Positions 1 through 9,333 are shown, counted from the stretch's first letter. The stretch: DNA of 44,293 bases from a virus (IMGVR_UViG_3300033407_000037:1-44293); one strand, 5' to 3'. The notes: generated from the letters alone by a model not told the origin. Numbers and translations: made by a program.

Positions 1-134
1 TGCACGTCAACCGGCGCCCCTATCAGGAATGGGATACGCTGTTCCGGGCGTGGTTCCCGGGGACCGTGACGTGGATTCGGGGGCCGCGGCAGCATGTCAG
101 CGAAGCGTGGCGCGTGGACCTATGAGGGCGGTGA
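1..134. repeat. Terminal direct repeat (circular assembly overlap), copy 1
   Basis: Identical to 44160-44293 except position 8 (C vs T at 44167, synonymous GTC/GTT Val); the methyltransferase ORF reads through the junction. Confidence 0.95.
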
Positions 135-892
135 TTCACTTTCACCCGCACCTGAATCATCAGCGCGCCTATGCCACCGCCATGCGTGCGGGGCTGGAGC
201 GGCACGGGGTCAATGTGGCGTTTGGCGGTTACGACACCCCGACCGTGCGGCAACACGATTTCCTCGTCGTGTGGGGCGCGCCCGCCAAGCAGCCCCGGGT
301 CGCCCAGACCACGCGTCCCCTGCTCATCATGGAGCGCAGCCATCTCCCCGACCGCATGGTGTACACATCGTGCGGATGGGACGGGCTCGCGCGTCGTGGT
401 CGGTATCCGAAGGCCGATGATGGGGGCGCTCGATGGCGGGCACACTGGGGCGGCCTCCTGCAGCCGTGGCGCGACGGTGGCGGGTATGCGCTCCTGATCG
501 GGCAGGCTCATGGGGATGCCGCCCTGCACGGGCTCGACGTCGATCGGTGGATCGCCGAGCAGACGGCGGCGTTGCGGGCGCTGGGGTGGACGGTGCGGTT
601 CCGTCCCCATCCGCTGGTTGCGCGCCCGGAACGCTCGCTGGAGGAGGATCTCGCGGAAGCGGTGATCTGCGTGACGTACAACTCGACGACGGGCGTGGAG
701 GCGGTGCTGGCCGGCGTCCCGACGATCGCGATGGACGAAGGCGCCATGGCGTGGGATGTGAGCGGGCATGCGCTGGACGAGATTGTGCGCCCCGAGCGTG
801 AGGCATGGGCGCATGACTTGGCGTACACGAGCTGGACACCGGAGGAAATCTCCTCGGGCGAAGTGTGGGCACACCTGAAAGGAGTGATGTGA
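122..892 (+). CDS. KpsC/KpsS-like (capsule biosynthesis-type) GT-B glycosyltransferase
   Basis: Motifs LLIGQ..GD, FRPHP, TYNSTTGVEAVLAGVP; ATG at 122 overlaps the methyltransferase stop (ATGA) across the junction. Confidence 0.7.
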   Translation: MRAVIHFHPHLNHQRAYATAMRAGLERHGVNVAFGGYDTPTVRQHDFLVVWGAPAKQPRVAQTTRPLLIMERSHLPDRMVYTSCGWDGLARRGRYPKADDGGARWRAHWGGLLQPWRDGGGYALLIGQAHGDAALHGLDVDRWIAEQTAALRALGWTVRFRPHPLVARPERSLEEDLAEAVICVTYNSTTGVEAVLAGVPTIAMDEGAMAWDVSGHALDEIVRPEREAWAHDLAYTSWTPEEISSGEVWAHLKGVM

Positions 893-893
893 G

Positions 894-1319
894 ATGAGCA
901 AGGGCAACACGTTCGAGGACGACCTCCTCAAGCTGATCTTCAACGCCACCGCGATCGCGGACCTGGCCGAGAACGACGCCACGTCGCCCGCCACCACGCT
1001 GACCGTGGCGCTCCACACCGCCGATCCCGGTGAGGCTGGGACGCAGGCGACCAACGAGACGGCCTACACGGGCTACGCGCGCGTGACGGTGGCGCGCACG
1101 ACGGGCGGCTGGACCGTCTCGGGGGGCTCGGTATCCCCGGTGGCGAACATCGACTTCGGCGAGTGCACGGCGTTGCCTGGTGCGGCCATCACGCACTTCA
1201 GCGTCGGCACGGGCGTGGCGAGCAAGCTGCTCTACAGCGGCACCGTGACGCCGAACATCACGATGGCCGTCGGAGTGATCCCAAGGCTCAAGACCACCAG
1301 CACAATCACGGAGGACTAA
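894..1319 (+). CDS. Conserved small virion structural protein (putative head-fibre/decoration base)
   Basis: VALHTADPGEAG...YTGYARV...IDFG pattern common in phage virion proteins; GGAG RBS; structural operon. Confidence 0.6.
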   Translation: MSKGNTFEDDLLKLIFNATAIADLAENDATSPATTLTVALHTADPGEAGTQATNETAYTGYARVTVARTTGGWTVSGGSVSPVANIDFGECTALPGAAITHFSVGTGVASKLLYSGTVTPNITMAVGVIPRLKTTSTITED

Positions 1320-1320
1320 C

Positions 1321-1758
1321 ATGTCCAGGTATTCAACAGGAGTTGTGACGGCGGGCGCTGGTACGGCGGCGCGTCCGGTCGCCAGTCTCTTCTCGGCGGC
1401 GGCGGTCGGCGGGAAAATCCGCGAGATCGGCATCTTCAACACGACCACGACGGCGGTGGCGGTACGGCTCGCGCGGTTGACCGCGCAGGGCACGCCGGGA
1501 GCGGGACTCGTCGAGGCGAAGCATGATCCGGACTCGGCGGCGGCGGCGAGCACGGCGTTCGATACGCACACGGCCGACGCGACGGTGGGCGACGATCTGG
1601 GCTATCGGGCATCGCTCGGGGCGGCCATCGGGGCGGGGGTGATCTGGACCTTTGGGGAATCGGGGCTCCGCATTCCCGTCGGGACGGCTAACGGGATCGG
1701 CATCCTGCCCGAAGGCACGGGCCAGATTCTCCGCTGCTACATCATCTGGGACGAGTAA
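1321..1758 (+). CDS. Putative virion structural protein (beta-rich)
   Basis: GGAGG RBS, tight operon spacing, Ala/Gly/Thr-rich, ends in the aromatic-acid motif IIWDE. Confidence 0.55.
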   Translation: MSRYSTGVVTAGAGTAARPVASLFSAAAVGGKIREIGIFNTTTTAVAVRLARLTAQGTPGAGLVEAKHDPDSAAAASTAFDTHTADATVGDDLGYRASLGAAIGAGVIWTFGESGLRIPVGTANGIGILPEGTGQILRCYIIWDE

Positions 1759-1761
1759 GTC

Positions 1762-3393
1762 GTGGCCGACCGCGCCCACCGGTCGCACAGCGTCGGGCCG
1801 ACGTTCTGGCGGAGGTCTACTGGACCGCCGCCGTTTGCTCCCGATTGGGTTGTCGCTGTCGGTGGCGGCACCGGTGCCGGGACCGAGGCCGACCCGTGGT
1901 CGCTGGCGCACGCTCTCAGCGGCGCGGGCGGGGCCATCCAGCCGGGTGACACCATCGGCATCCACGGCGGCACGTACACGCAGACAGCTGCGTGGTCCGT
2001 TACGGTCAACGGCACGGCTGGCGTCGATGACGACGACCCCGACACAAAGGTCAAGTTTCGCAACTTCCCCGGTGAGTTCGTCTCCATCACGGCGACCGAC
2101 GCACTTCCGAACGCGGTACTGACGCTCGACTGCTCCTACGTCTGGTTCTGGAGCACGTTCGAGGACGGCGGCGGCATCGAGGTCTGGACCAACGAGGACG
2201 AGGACCGCTCGGGATTCGGCAATCGCGCTTCCTGTGTGTGGTACCGCAACAACCCGCCCCAGAACGGCAACAAGATGATCCACGTCGTCGCCCGGGACGG
2301 GGCGAACGGGATCTTCACGGGCAACGGTGCGGGCAGCGACCACCGGCACCACATCGAGCTGTACGGTTTCATCAGCATGAACAACGGCGAGGATACGAGC
2401 CCACGCACGCACAACATGTACGTTCGACACAACTCGGAGGGCGGCACAAAGACGATGCGCCTGACGGGGTGCGTGCTGTGCAATTCGGTGGGGCACGGCA
2501 TCCAAATCTACCCCGGATCGTTGACGGAATCCGTTGACGACATCCAGGTCGATAAGATGATCGGCTGGGGTGCGGGCGCGCTGGGGACGGCGACAGGTGG
2601 CTGGACTAACTACATCATCTCCGGTGGCGGTGCTTCCTCGCCGGTCCGGCGTTCGTGGTGCCGCGACAGCGTGTTTTACCACGTGGGCAGCGGCTCCAAC
2701 GAGAAGCAGTGCCTCATCGGATCGACCGCTGGTGGAGTCGTCAGTGAGGATGACTTCTTCGAGCGCAACTACGTGGTCGGTGGCGGGGCGACCCCGTTGA
2801 TCGAGATTCAGGACCACCTAGTCGACGGCAATCCGAGCCTCACCTTTGACGACAACGAGATCATCGTCCACACGGATGCCGGGGAAGTGACGCGGTTCGA
2901 CCAGTCCGGCAGCCTCGTCAACTTCTCGTCCGTGGCGAACAATGCGTGGAAGGGTCGGACGCCTACCGCGACCGCGTGGGATCACGGCGGCACGAACAAG
3001 ACGTTCGCGACCTGCATGACCGACATCGGCTGGGATGCGGCCGGCAACACGGCGGTGGCGGCCCTGCCGACCGTGAACAAGGCGATCGTCCACGTGCTGA
3101 CGAAGTACAACCCCTACGCGCACGTGGCGATCTTCAATTGGGAGGGTGGCGCCAACGTCGCGGTGGACCTCTCGTCCTTCTTGGGCAACGGAGACGAGTA
3201 CGAGGTCCACCACTTTTACGACTACGTTCCTGGCTCCGGCTTCGGGACGCCGCTGCTTTCGGGCACATACGCTGGCGGCACGGTGAACTTCCCGACCGCC
3301 GCGCACACGCCGCCGGCGCCGGTCGGCACGACGCCCCGTCTCGCGCCAGACAACGACACGTTGTTCAACGCCTTCTTGGTCGTCAAGCGATGA
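1762..3393 (+). CDS. Right-handed parallel beta-helix (pectin lyase-like) protein, putative depolymerase/adhesin
   Basis: GTEADPW...IQPGDTIGIHGGTY N-cap typical of beta-helix proteins; Asn/Gly-rich rungs (HNMY, GHGIQIY). Confidence 0.7.
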   Translation: MADRAHRSHSVGPTFWRRSTGPPPFAPDWVVAVGGGTGAGTEADPWSLAHALSGAGGAIQPGDTIGIHGGTYTQTAAWSVTVNGTAGVDDDDPDTKVKFRNFPGEFVSITATDALPNAVLTLDCSYVWFWSTFEDGGGIEVWTNEDEDRSGFGNRASCVWYRNNPPQNGNKMIHVVARDGANGIFTGNGAGSDHRHHIELYGFISMNNGEDTSPRTHNMYVRHNSEGGTKTMRLTGCVLCNSVGHGIQIYPGSLTESVDDIQVDKMIGWGAGALGTATGGWTNYIISGGGASSPVRRSWCRDSVFYHVGSGSNEKQCLIGSTAGGVVSEDDFFERNYVVGGGATPLIEIQDHLVDGNPSLTFDDNEIIVHTDAGEVTRFDQSGSLVNFSSVANNAWKGRTPTATAWDHGGTNKTFATCMTDIGWDAAGNTAVAALPTVNKAIVHVLTKYNPYAHVAIFNWEGGANVAVDLSSFLGNGDEYEVHHFYDYVPGSGFGTPLLSGTYAGGTVNFPTAAHTPPAPVGTTPRLAPDNDTLFNAFLVVKR

Positions 3394-3400
3394 GCCCATC

Positions 3401-4618
3401 ATGGCTGATGTAAGCATCGCGACCGGCGCACGCGCCGACACCTCCCGAGGGCCGCGGGCGATCGCGTTCCTACCTGACGATGACCAGGTGGGCTACAAGT
3501 TTTACAACTCGGCGTGGGACATCTTCTACGTCAAGACGACGGACGGTGGGGCAACGTGGGGCACGCCCGTGGCGGTCACCGGCGGTTTCACCGACCTGAT
3601 CTTCGATATCTGGCCCGAGTGGTGGACGCCGGGCCACGAGACCAGCACCATCATTCACATCTGGTATTCGAGCACCGGGACCGATGACGTGCTCCACAAG
3701 ACGCTCGACACGTTGGACGACACGTTGACTGGCAACCCCGGCAACGCCGTCTACCTCGGGACGACGACGCTGGACGATGCGACCATCTTTGTGAGCGGCA
3801 CGATGGCGCGCAACGGAGATCTCTTCTGTGCGTTCTGTATCAACGGGACGACGGTCGAAAAAGGGTTCTACCGCTCGCAGGACGGCGGCGCCAACTGGAG
3901 CAGCCTCGACACGGGGTTCGTCGAAGCGGCGGGGGATATGTGCCACCTCTTCCCGGCTTCGGGCACCGGGGACGACGGGGACTGCTGGGCGCTCTACCAC
4001 GATGCCGACGCGGACGAGCTGAGCCTCAAACTGTGGGACGCCTCGCTCGGGAGCGCGTCGGAAACGGCCATCGTGGCGCTGGTGGAGGATGCGACGATCT
4101 ATCAGGGGCCATATGGGTTCGCGGGGGCGCTGTTCAGCGACGGCGATCTGTTCGTCTCGGCGGTGACCGAGCGGGATACGGCCACGGCAGATCATCGCTG
4201 CTTCCGGGTCGGTGGGATCGGGGATGTGGTGGAGCTGACGGCGATCACGACCAACATCGACGATCACTACTACCCCGCCCCGTTCATCGACCAGCTCACG
4301 GACGACATCTACGTCGCGTACAACGGGAAGCGGGACGGGTCCCAGGTGCTGGGCACCACCTCACAGATTTTCTACGTGAAGTCCACCGACGGTGGGACTA
4401 CGTGGTCCGCTGGCGACACGGCGTACATGGAGGGGGTGGAAGACGACATCGCGCGGTGCTGGGCGCCGCTCATGGGGCCGCGCTTCTACGTGACCTGGCG
4501 CACGCAGCCCTCGACCTCCGACATCCTGGGCAATGCGGTCAACAGCCTGACGTTCGCTGGCGGTGAGCCCGAACCCGGCCCCACCCTCCGCACCGTGCAG
4601 TCGAGCCTGCGATGGTAG
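3401..4618 (+). CDS. BNR/Asp-box repeat (sialidase-like beta-propeller) protein
   Basis: Three Asp-boxes: KTTDGGATW, RSQDGGANW, KSTDGGTTW. Confidence 0.7.
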   Translation: MADVSIATGARADTSRGPRAIAFLPDDDQVGYKFYNSAWDIFYVKTTDGGATWGTPVAVTGGFTDLIFDIWPEWWTPGHETSTIIHIWYSSTGTDDVLHKTLDTLDDTLTGNPGNAVYLGTTTLDDATIFVSGTMARNGDLFCAFCINGTTVEKGFYRSQDGGANWSSLDTGFVEAAGDMCHLFPASGTGDDGDCWALYHDADADELSLKLWDASLGSASETAIVALVEDATIYQGPYGFAGALFSDGDLFVSAVTERDTATADHRCFRVGGIGDVVELTAITTNIDDHYYPAPFIDQLTDDIYVAYNGKRDGSQVLGTTSQIFYVKSTDGGTTWSAGDTAYMEGVEDDIARCWAPLMGPRFYVTWRTQPSTSDILGNAVNSLTFAGGEPEPGPTLRTVQSSLRW

Positions 4619-4869
4619 AGTGGGAAGCCCACCTGTCGGGTGGCGACGTCATCACGTCGCAGGAGTGTCCGCGCTGGACGGACCTCCCGCCGCGCATCCT
4701 TGTGGTGCGCACCTGGGACGGGCCGCGCAAGGGCATCCACTGGGGGGACAGTCTCTACGGCGACCCGTCGACGTGGGTTGCGGGAGTCATCGTGTCTGAC
4801 GAGGAGTTTGCGCGGACGATGGAGCGCGCACAGCGCAACGTCCTTCCCCCCTCGCGGCGGGGCGTCTAG
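4612..4869 (+). CDS. Hypothetical protein
   Basis: Overlaps upstream stop, fills the operon gap. Confidence 0.55.
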   Translation: MVEWEAHLSGGDVITSQECPRWTDLPPRILVVRTWDGPRKGIHWGDSLYGDPSTWVAGVIVSDEEFARTMERAQRNVLPPSRRGV

Positions 4870-4871
4870 CC

Positions 4872-5453
4872 ATGTCCGTCATCACCCTTCGCCCCTCGTC
4901 TGATGGCACGACAACCGGGTGGTCGGTCACCGGCGGTACGGGATCGCACGCCTCCGCCATTGTGGACGATCCCGATGCCAACGACGGGGATACGTCTTAC
5001 GTCCTGAGCCCGAACGTGCTCGACGGCACGATGTTTGTGGAGTTGGACGACGTGCCCGCGGACTTCGACCCGGACGCCATCAACAGCATCACCATCAAGC
5101 TCGCGCATCGGCGGCTGAACACGCCGAACATGGCGGTCGATCTCGGGACGGTCAACGCGTTCCTGGTCCGCGCGGACGAGCTGACGGCGATCAGCACAAC
5201 GCCGACGGCGGTGGACTCACCGATTCAGGCGGGCTATGCGTTGACGAGCTTTACGCCGAGTCCCACCGGCACGCATACCGTTGCCGACTGGGATGGCGCG
5301 CGGCTGGCGCTAGTGTTCGACCATACCAACAGCCAAACCGCCGACTCGGTGAACCAGAGCCGCATCACGGCGGTGGAAGTCGTCATCGACTACGAGCCGG
5401 CCGTGGCTGCTGAAATCCCGTCGCTGGTGATGGCGCCCTATAGGCCCGCATGA
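4872..5453 (+). CDS. Putative virion protein (acidic, beta-sandwich-like)
   Basis: TLRPSSDG...W...VDD..PD..DGDTSY pattern; operon context. Confidence 0.55.
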   Translation: MSVITLRPSSDGTTTGWSVTGGTGSHASAIVDDPDANDGDTSYVLSPNVLDGTMFVELDDVPADFDPDAINSITIKLAHRRLNTPNMAVDLGTVNAFLVRADELTAISTTPTAVDSPIQAGYALTSFTPSPTGTHTVADWDGARLALVFDHTNSQTADSVNQSRITAVEVVIDYEPAVAAEIPSLVMAPYRPA

Positions 5454-6427
5454 GCCAGATCCGCTACCCGGTCCCGTCGCACTCGCCCGCTGAACGGCGG
5501 CGCGTCTCGGCCCTCACCGGCGAGCTGACGGCTGCTGCTGGACCGACGATCCTCGAAGCTGAGGGCTCGGCGGCTGGGGCTGCGGCCGTTGCCAGCGTGG
5601 CCGCAGCGATCTGGAATGGCGTAACCTCTGCTGCTGGCCAGGCCGCCGATGCGGTGGTTGGCGCGGCCCTCTGGCTCACCGTCGCAACCGCGCCCGGTGT
5701 GGCGACGACGGATGCGGCTGGTGCCAGTATCCTCGAGGCGGTTGGCGCGGGTAGCGGCGTTGCCGTTGCATCAGCCGACGGCGCAGACGCCACGCCACGG
5801 CTCCCCGACCTCATCATGGCTGGTACGACGAGCAAGGTCCGCCGTGCCGTGCGGGCGCACTCGCCCGTCCATCCGCTCGCTGCGCCGAGCGTGCTGGCGA
5901 GCGTCCTCGTTGCGGAGGTCACTGAGGCGGACGGGGTCGCTGCTGGCGTTGCTGTTGCGTCGGCCGACGGTGCGGACGCGGCGTCTGGGGGCCAGGGGCT
6001 CGCGGACGGCACCGCGACCGTCTCCGGTGTTGGTGCGGCGATCACGGAAGCGGATGCCAGTGCGGCGGGCGCAGCGACGGTTCTCGCTTCCGGCGCGGGC
6101 CTGGTGCCAACGGACGGTGCAGCGTCGGGGGTGGCGTCGCTCGCTGGTGTGGGCGGCATGGTCCTGCCGAGTATTGGTGATGCGGCAGGTGTTGGCGCCG
6201 CCACGGCGGAGACCGAGACCTTCGCGGCCGCAACGGGCGCGGCGAGCGGCCTCGCCAGTGTCTCCGGGCAGGGACAGGACGCGAACAGCGTCAAGTCTGC
6301 GGACGCGAATGCGGCTGGCACGTCGGTCGTGCTTGGATTCAGTCGCGCGTTGCCCGCATCGCGCACTGTCACGTCCAGCGGCCCAGCCCCGGCACGGAAA
6401 GGTGGTGGTCATGTCCCAACACGGTAA
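5450..6427 (+). CDS. Ala/Gly-rich repetitive fibre-like virion protein
   Basis: ATGA overlap; periodic G/A-rich repeats, GVAVASADGADA twice. Confidence 0.6.
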   Translation: MSQIRYPVPSHSPAERRRVSALTGELTAAAGPTILEAEGSAAGAAAVASVAAAIWNGVTSAAGQAADAVVGAALWLTVATAPGVATTDAAGASILEAVGAGSGVAVASADGADATPRLPDLIMAGTTSKVRRAVRAHSPVHPLAAPSVLASVLVAEVTEADGVAAGVAVASADGADAASGGQGLADGTATVSGVGAAITEADASAAGAATVLASGAGLVPTDGAASGVASLAGVGGMVLPSIGDAAGVGAATAETETFAAATGAASGLASVSGQGQDANSVKSADANAAGTSVVLGFSRALPASRTVTSSGPAPARKGGGHVPTR

Positions 6428-7034
6428 CATCCCGAGCGGCCTCAAGCTCATCACGGCCCCGGCAGTGGAGCCGATCACGGAGCAGGAGGCGTGGAAGCAC
6501 CTGCGGATCGACCTGAGCGGGAGCCCGGCGGTGCCCGTGCTCGCGCGCGAACGCGACCGCATCAAGCTGCTCCTCAGCGCCGCGGTGGCCGACCTCGACG
6601 GCCGCGATGGCTGGTTGAACCGCGCGCTCATCACGCAGACTTGGGAGCGCGTCCTCGACGAGTTCCCCGAGAACGAGATCCGGCTGCCGTTCCCACCGCT
6701 GCAATCCGTGGTGAGCGTGAAGTACGACGACCTGAACGGGCAAGAGCAGACCGTGCCGGCCGGGGACTACATCGTGGATACGTCGTCCTACTTCGGCTGG
6801 ATCGTGCCGGTGGCCACGGTGTCGTGGCCCGCAACGTTCGACACGATCAACGCCGTCAGGATTCAGTTCAAGGCGGGCTATGGCGACGGGGGCAGCGACG
6901 TGCCGTTCGACCTGCGGGCTGGCATCCTGCTCCACCTGGAAATCCTGTACGATGCGAACCCGGCCGCACGGGAGTCGTTGGAGCGGGCGCGGGATGCGCT
7001 CCTGCACAAGTTCGTCGTGGACAGCTTCGCATGA
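6411..7034 (+). CDS. Head-tail connector (gp6/phiE125 gp8-like)
   Basis: LITAPAVEPIT...KHLRID...RALITQTW...PPLQSV..VKY...AVRIQFKAGYG...VP..LR..ILL. Confidence 0.85.
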   Translation: MSQHGNIPSGLKLITAPAVEPITEQEAWKHLRIDLSGSPAVPVLARERDRIKLLLSAAVADLDGRDGWLNRALITQTWERVLDEFPENEIRLPFPPLQSVVSVKYDDLNGQEQTVPAGDYIVDTSSYFGWIVPVATVSWPATFDTINAVRIQFKAGYGDGGSDVPFDLRAGILLHLEILYDANPAARESLERARDALLHKFVVDSFA

Positions 7035-7351
7035 GCACCGCGGGAGGGTTGGACCGCCCGATCGAGATCCAGGAGCAGCAGGGCACGACGTTCGATGGCG
7101 CCGGCCAGGAGATCGAGAACTGGGTCACCGTGTGGACGCCGTCCGCGCGGGTCGTCCCGTCGCGGGGCGGCGAGCGGTTCGCGGCGCAGCAAGTGATCGG
7201 CAAGAAGGTGATTACGTTCGAGATCCGCTACCGGCCGGGGGTGACGGAAGACAAGCACCGTATCCTGTTCGACGGCGTGACGTATGACATCGACGACGTC
7301 CGGGAAGTGGGCCGACAGGCGATGCTCCACATCGACGTGACGGAAGCCTGA
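7031..7351 (+). CDS. Head closure / head-tail adaptor (SPP1 gp16-like)
   Basis: GGLDRPIEIQ...G.E.F.A....FEIRYR...RILFDG..YDI; ATGA overlap. Confidence 0.85.
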   Translation: MSTAGGLDRPIEIQEQQGTTFDGAGQEIENWVTVWTPSARVVPSRGGERFAAQQVIGKKVITFEIRYRPGVTEDKHRILFDGVTYDIDDVREVGRQAMLHIDVTEA

Positions 7352-7803
7352 TGGCGATGGCGCGAAGCCTCATACAGTTCCAGATCCAGGGGCTGAAGGA
7401 GCTCGAGCGGGCGCTCCGCGAATTGCCGAAGGCCACGGCCAAGAGTGCGGTGCGGCGGGCGCTGAAGCGGGCGGGCCAACCAGTGGCAGATGACGCGAGC
7501 GGGCGGGCGCCGCGGGATAAGGGCCGGTTGGCGGAGAGTATCGTCGTCAAGACGACGCTCACGAAGCGCCAGCGGCGTCGGCGCGAGAAGAACGCCATCG
7601 AGATGTTCATCGGCTCGACGGACCGCAAGGCCCATTTGCTGGAGTTTGGGACCGAGAAGATGGGCGCGCAGCCGTTTTTGAGACCCGCCTGGGATGCCGG
7701 GAAGATGCAGGTGCTCGCGTCCATCAAGACGTTCGTCTGGGAAGCGATTCAGAAGGCGGCCAAGCGGCTCGCCCGCAAGGCTGCGAAGGCTGGACGGGCG
7801 TGA
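7351..7803 (+). CDS. HK97 gp10-like tail completion protein
   Basis: IQGLKELERAL...APRDKGRL..SI...HLLEFGTEKMGAQPFLRPAWD. Confidence 0.9.
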   Translation: MAMARSLIQFQIQGLKELERALRELPKATAKSAVRRALKRAGQPVADDASGRAPRDKGRLAESIVVKTTLTKRQRRRREKNAIEMFIGSTDRKAHLLEFGTEKMGAQPFLRPAWDAGKMQVLASIKTFVWEAIQKAAKRLARKAAKAGRA

Positions 7804-8207
7804 GCGTCGCGTCGGACCTGCGATCGTTTCTCTTGGCTGACGCCACGCTCACGGGGCTCGTCGGGCTGCGGGTACACCCGGCCATCCTGCCGCAGAGCGG
7901 GCCGTTTCCGGCGATCACCTATCAGTGGACCTCGGGCACGCGGTACCAGACCTCGGATGGCCCGGTGGGATTGAGCCGCCCACGGATTCAGTTGGACTGC
8001 TGGGCGGAGACGTACCTGCAGGCGGAGGCGGTGTTCGAGGCGCTGCGGCGCCGCCTCGATGGATTTGTCGGCGTCATGGGGGGCTCGCCGGGCACGCCCG
8101 TGCAGGGGGTGTTCTTCGAGAGCGAGCGCGATGGACCGTATGAGCCGGAGGCGAAGCTGTATCGGCGCTCCGCAGACTTTTTTGTGTTTTTTGAGGAAAC
8201 CGTTTAA
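7800..8207 (+). CDS. Tail terminator (DUF3168-like)
   Basis: LVGLRVHP..LPQ...FPAITY...RIQLDCWA..Y. Confidence 0.85.
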   Translation: MSVASDLRSFLLADATLTGLVGLRVHPAILPQSGPFPAITYQWTSGTRYQTSDGPVGLSRPRIQLDCWAETYLQAEAVFEALRRRLDGFVGVMGGSPGTPVQGVFFESERDGPYEPEAKLYRRSADFFVFFEETV

Positions 8208-8225
8208 CACACAGGAGAGGGCATC

Positions 8226-8645
8226 ATGCCAGCATCAGCGGGAATTGGCCACGGCATCACCTTCGCGATCGGCAACGGAGCGTCGCCGGAGGTGTTCGCG
8301 GACGTGGCGGAGTTGCTCGATGGCGACGGGCCGGGAATGTCGAAGGACTCGGTCCAGATCACGAGCGGGGAAAGCACCGATCGGTGGCGCGAGTTCATCC
8401 CCGGCCTGCGGGACGGGGGCGAGATCACGTTCGAGTTCAATCTCGTGAGCGCCAACCTCACCGCGCTCAAGGCGAACTTCGATCTGGACGCGAACAGTAA
8501 CTACCGGATCGTCATCCCCGCGCCCGTCACCAAGACGTGGGACGTGGTCGGGCATCTGTCGGCGCTCGAGCCGACCTATCCGCAGGAAGACCGGATGACC
8601 GGGTCCTTCACGCTCAAGGTGAGCGGGGAGCCCGTCCTGAGCTAA
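8226..8645 (+). CDS. Major tail tube protein
   Basis: WREFIPGLRDGGEITFEFN...FTLKVSGEP; AGGAG RBS. Confidence 0.9.
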   Translation: MPASAGIGHGITFAIGNGASPEVFADVAELLDGDGPGMSKDSVQITSGESTDRWREFIPGLRDGGEITFEFNLVSANLTALKANFDLDANSNYRIVIPAPVTKTWDVVGHLSALEPTYPQEDRMTGSFTLKVSGEPVLS

Positions 8646-8655
8646 GGGGGGGACG

Positions 8656-9018
8656 ATGGAACGGGACAACAATCCACGCGGCCAGGTCAGCCTGGTCGTG
8701 GGGGCGCAACGCTACACGCTGCGGTTCGACTGGAACGCCATCGCGGATGCCGAAGAGCAGCTCGGCAAGCCGTTCTACGAGCTGTTCCAGCGCCTCGCGG
8801 ACGGGAAGTTCGGGGCGCACGAGCTGCGGGTGTTCCTCTGGGCGGGCCTGCGGAAACAGCACGCCGACGTCACGCTCCCGCAGGCCGGGGAGCTGCTCGA
8901 CGAGCTGGACTTCGGGGAGACGGCCGAGCTGGTGATCGGCGCCGTGTCGGCCGCGTTCTCGAAACGGGCGTCCTCGGGAAACGTCAGAGCGGCGGCTGGA
9001 GCTGGGACGCGCTCCTGA
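8656..9018 (+). CDS. Tail assembly chaperone (G-like)
   Basis: NPRGQVSL...YTLRFDWNAIADAE; between tail tube and tape measure; slippery site near the 3' end. Confidence 0.85.
   Translation: MERDNNPRGQVSLVVGAQRYTLRFDWNAIADAEEQLGKPFYELFQRLADGKFGAHELRVFLWAGLRKQHADVTLPQAGELLDELDFGETAELVIGAVSAAFSKRASSGNVRAAAGAGTRS
8976..8982 (+). other. Programmed -1 ribosomal frameshift site G GGA AAC
   Basis: X XXY YYZ heptamer in the correct phase; the -1 frame is open from 8979 and in frame with 9051-9332. Confidence 0.85.
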
Positions 9019-9332
9019 CCGCCGCGGCGGACGCGGGACTGGACCCGGCGGTGTTTTGGACGATGACGCCGCGGGAGTTTGATCGGTACGTGCACGGTCA
9101 GGGGCAGCGCGAGGTCCGCCGGTGGCAGCGGGCCGCGTGGGCGGCCTGGCACGGGGCGATGTGGCAGCGCGCCAAGCGGCTCCAGCCGGCGTCGCTGAAG
9201 CGGTTCCTGCGGCGGCTGGAGCGTGAGGAATCGACGGCGCCGCTGACGCCGGAGCAGTTCTACGCCAAGCTGCGCGTCTGGCATCTGATGTTCGGCGGCG
9301 GCGAAACAACCGAAGCACGGAAGGGAGACTAA
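8979..9332 (+). CDS. Tail assembly chaperone, frameshifted GT extension
   Basis: -1 frame reads KRQSGGWSWDALL...GLDPAVFWTMTPREF, a typical GT-domain motif. Confidence 0.8.
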   Translation, partial: KRQSGGWSWDALLTAAADAGLDPAVFWTMTPREFDRYVHGQGQREVRRWQRAAWAAWHGAMWQRAKRLQPASLKRFLRRLEREESTAPLTPEQFYAKLRVWHLMFGGGETTEARKGD

Positions 9333-9333
9333 C

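Noticed and set aside
1-134. Terminal repeat as a biological direct terminal repeat
   Set aside because: It falls inside a gene far from the terminase, and the HNH/terminase type suggests cos packaging; best explained as assembly overlap
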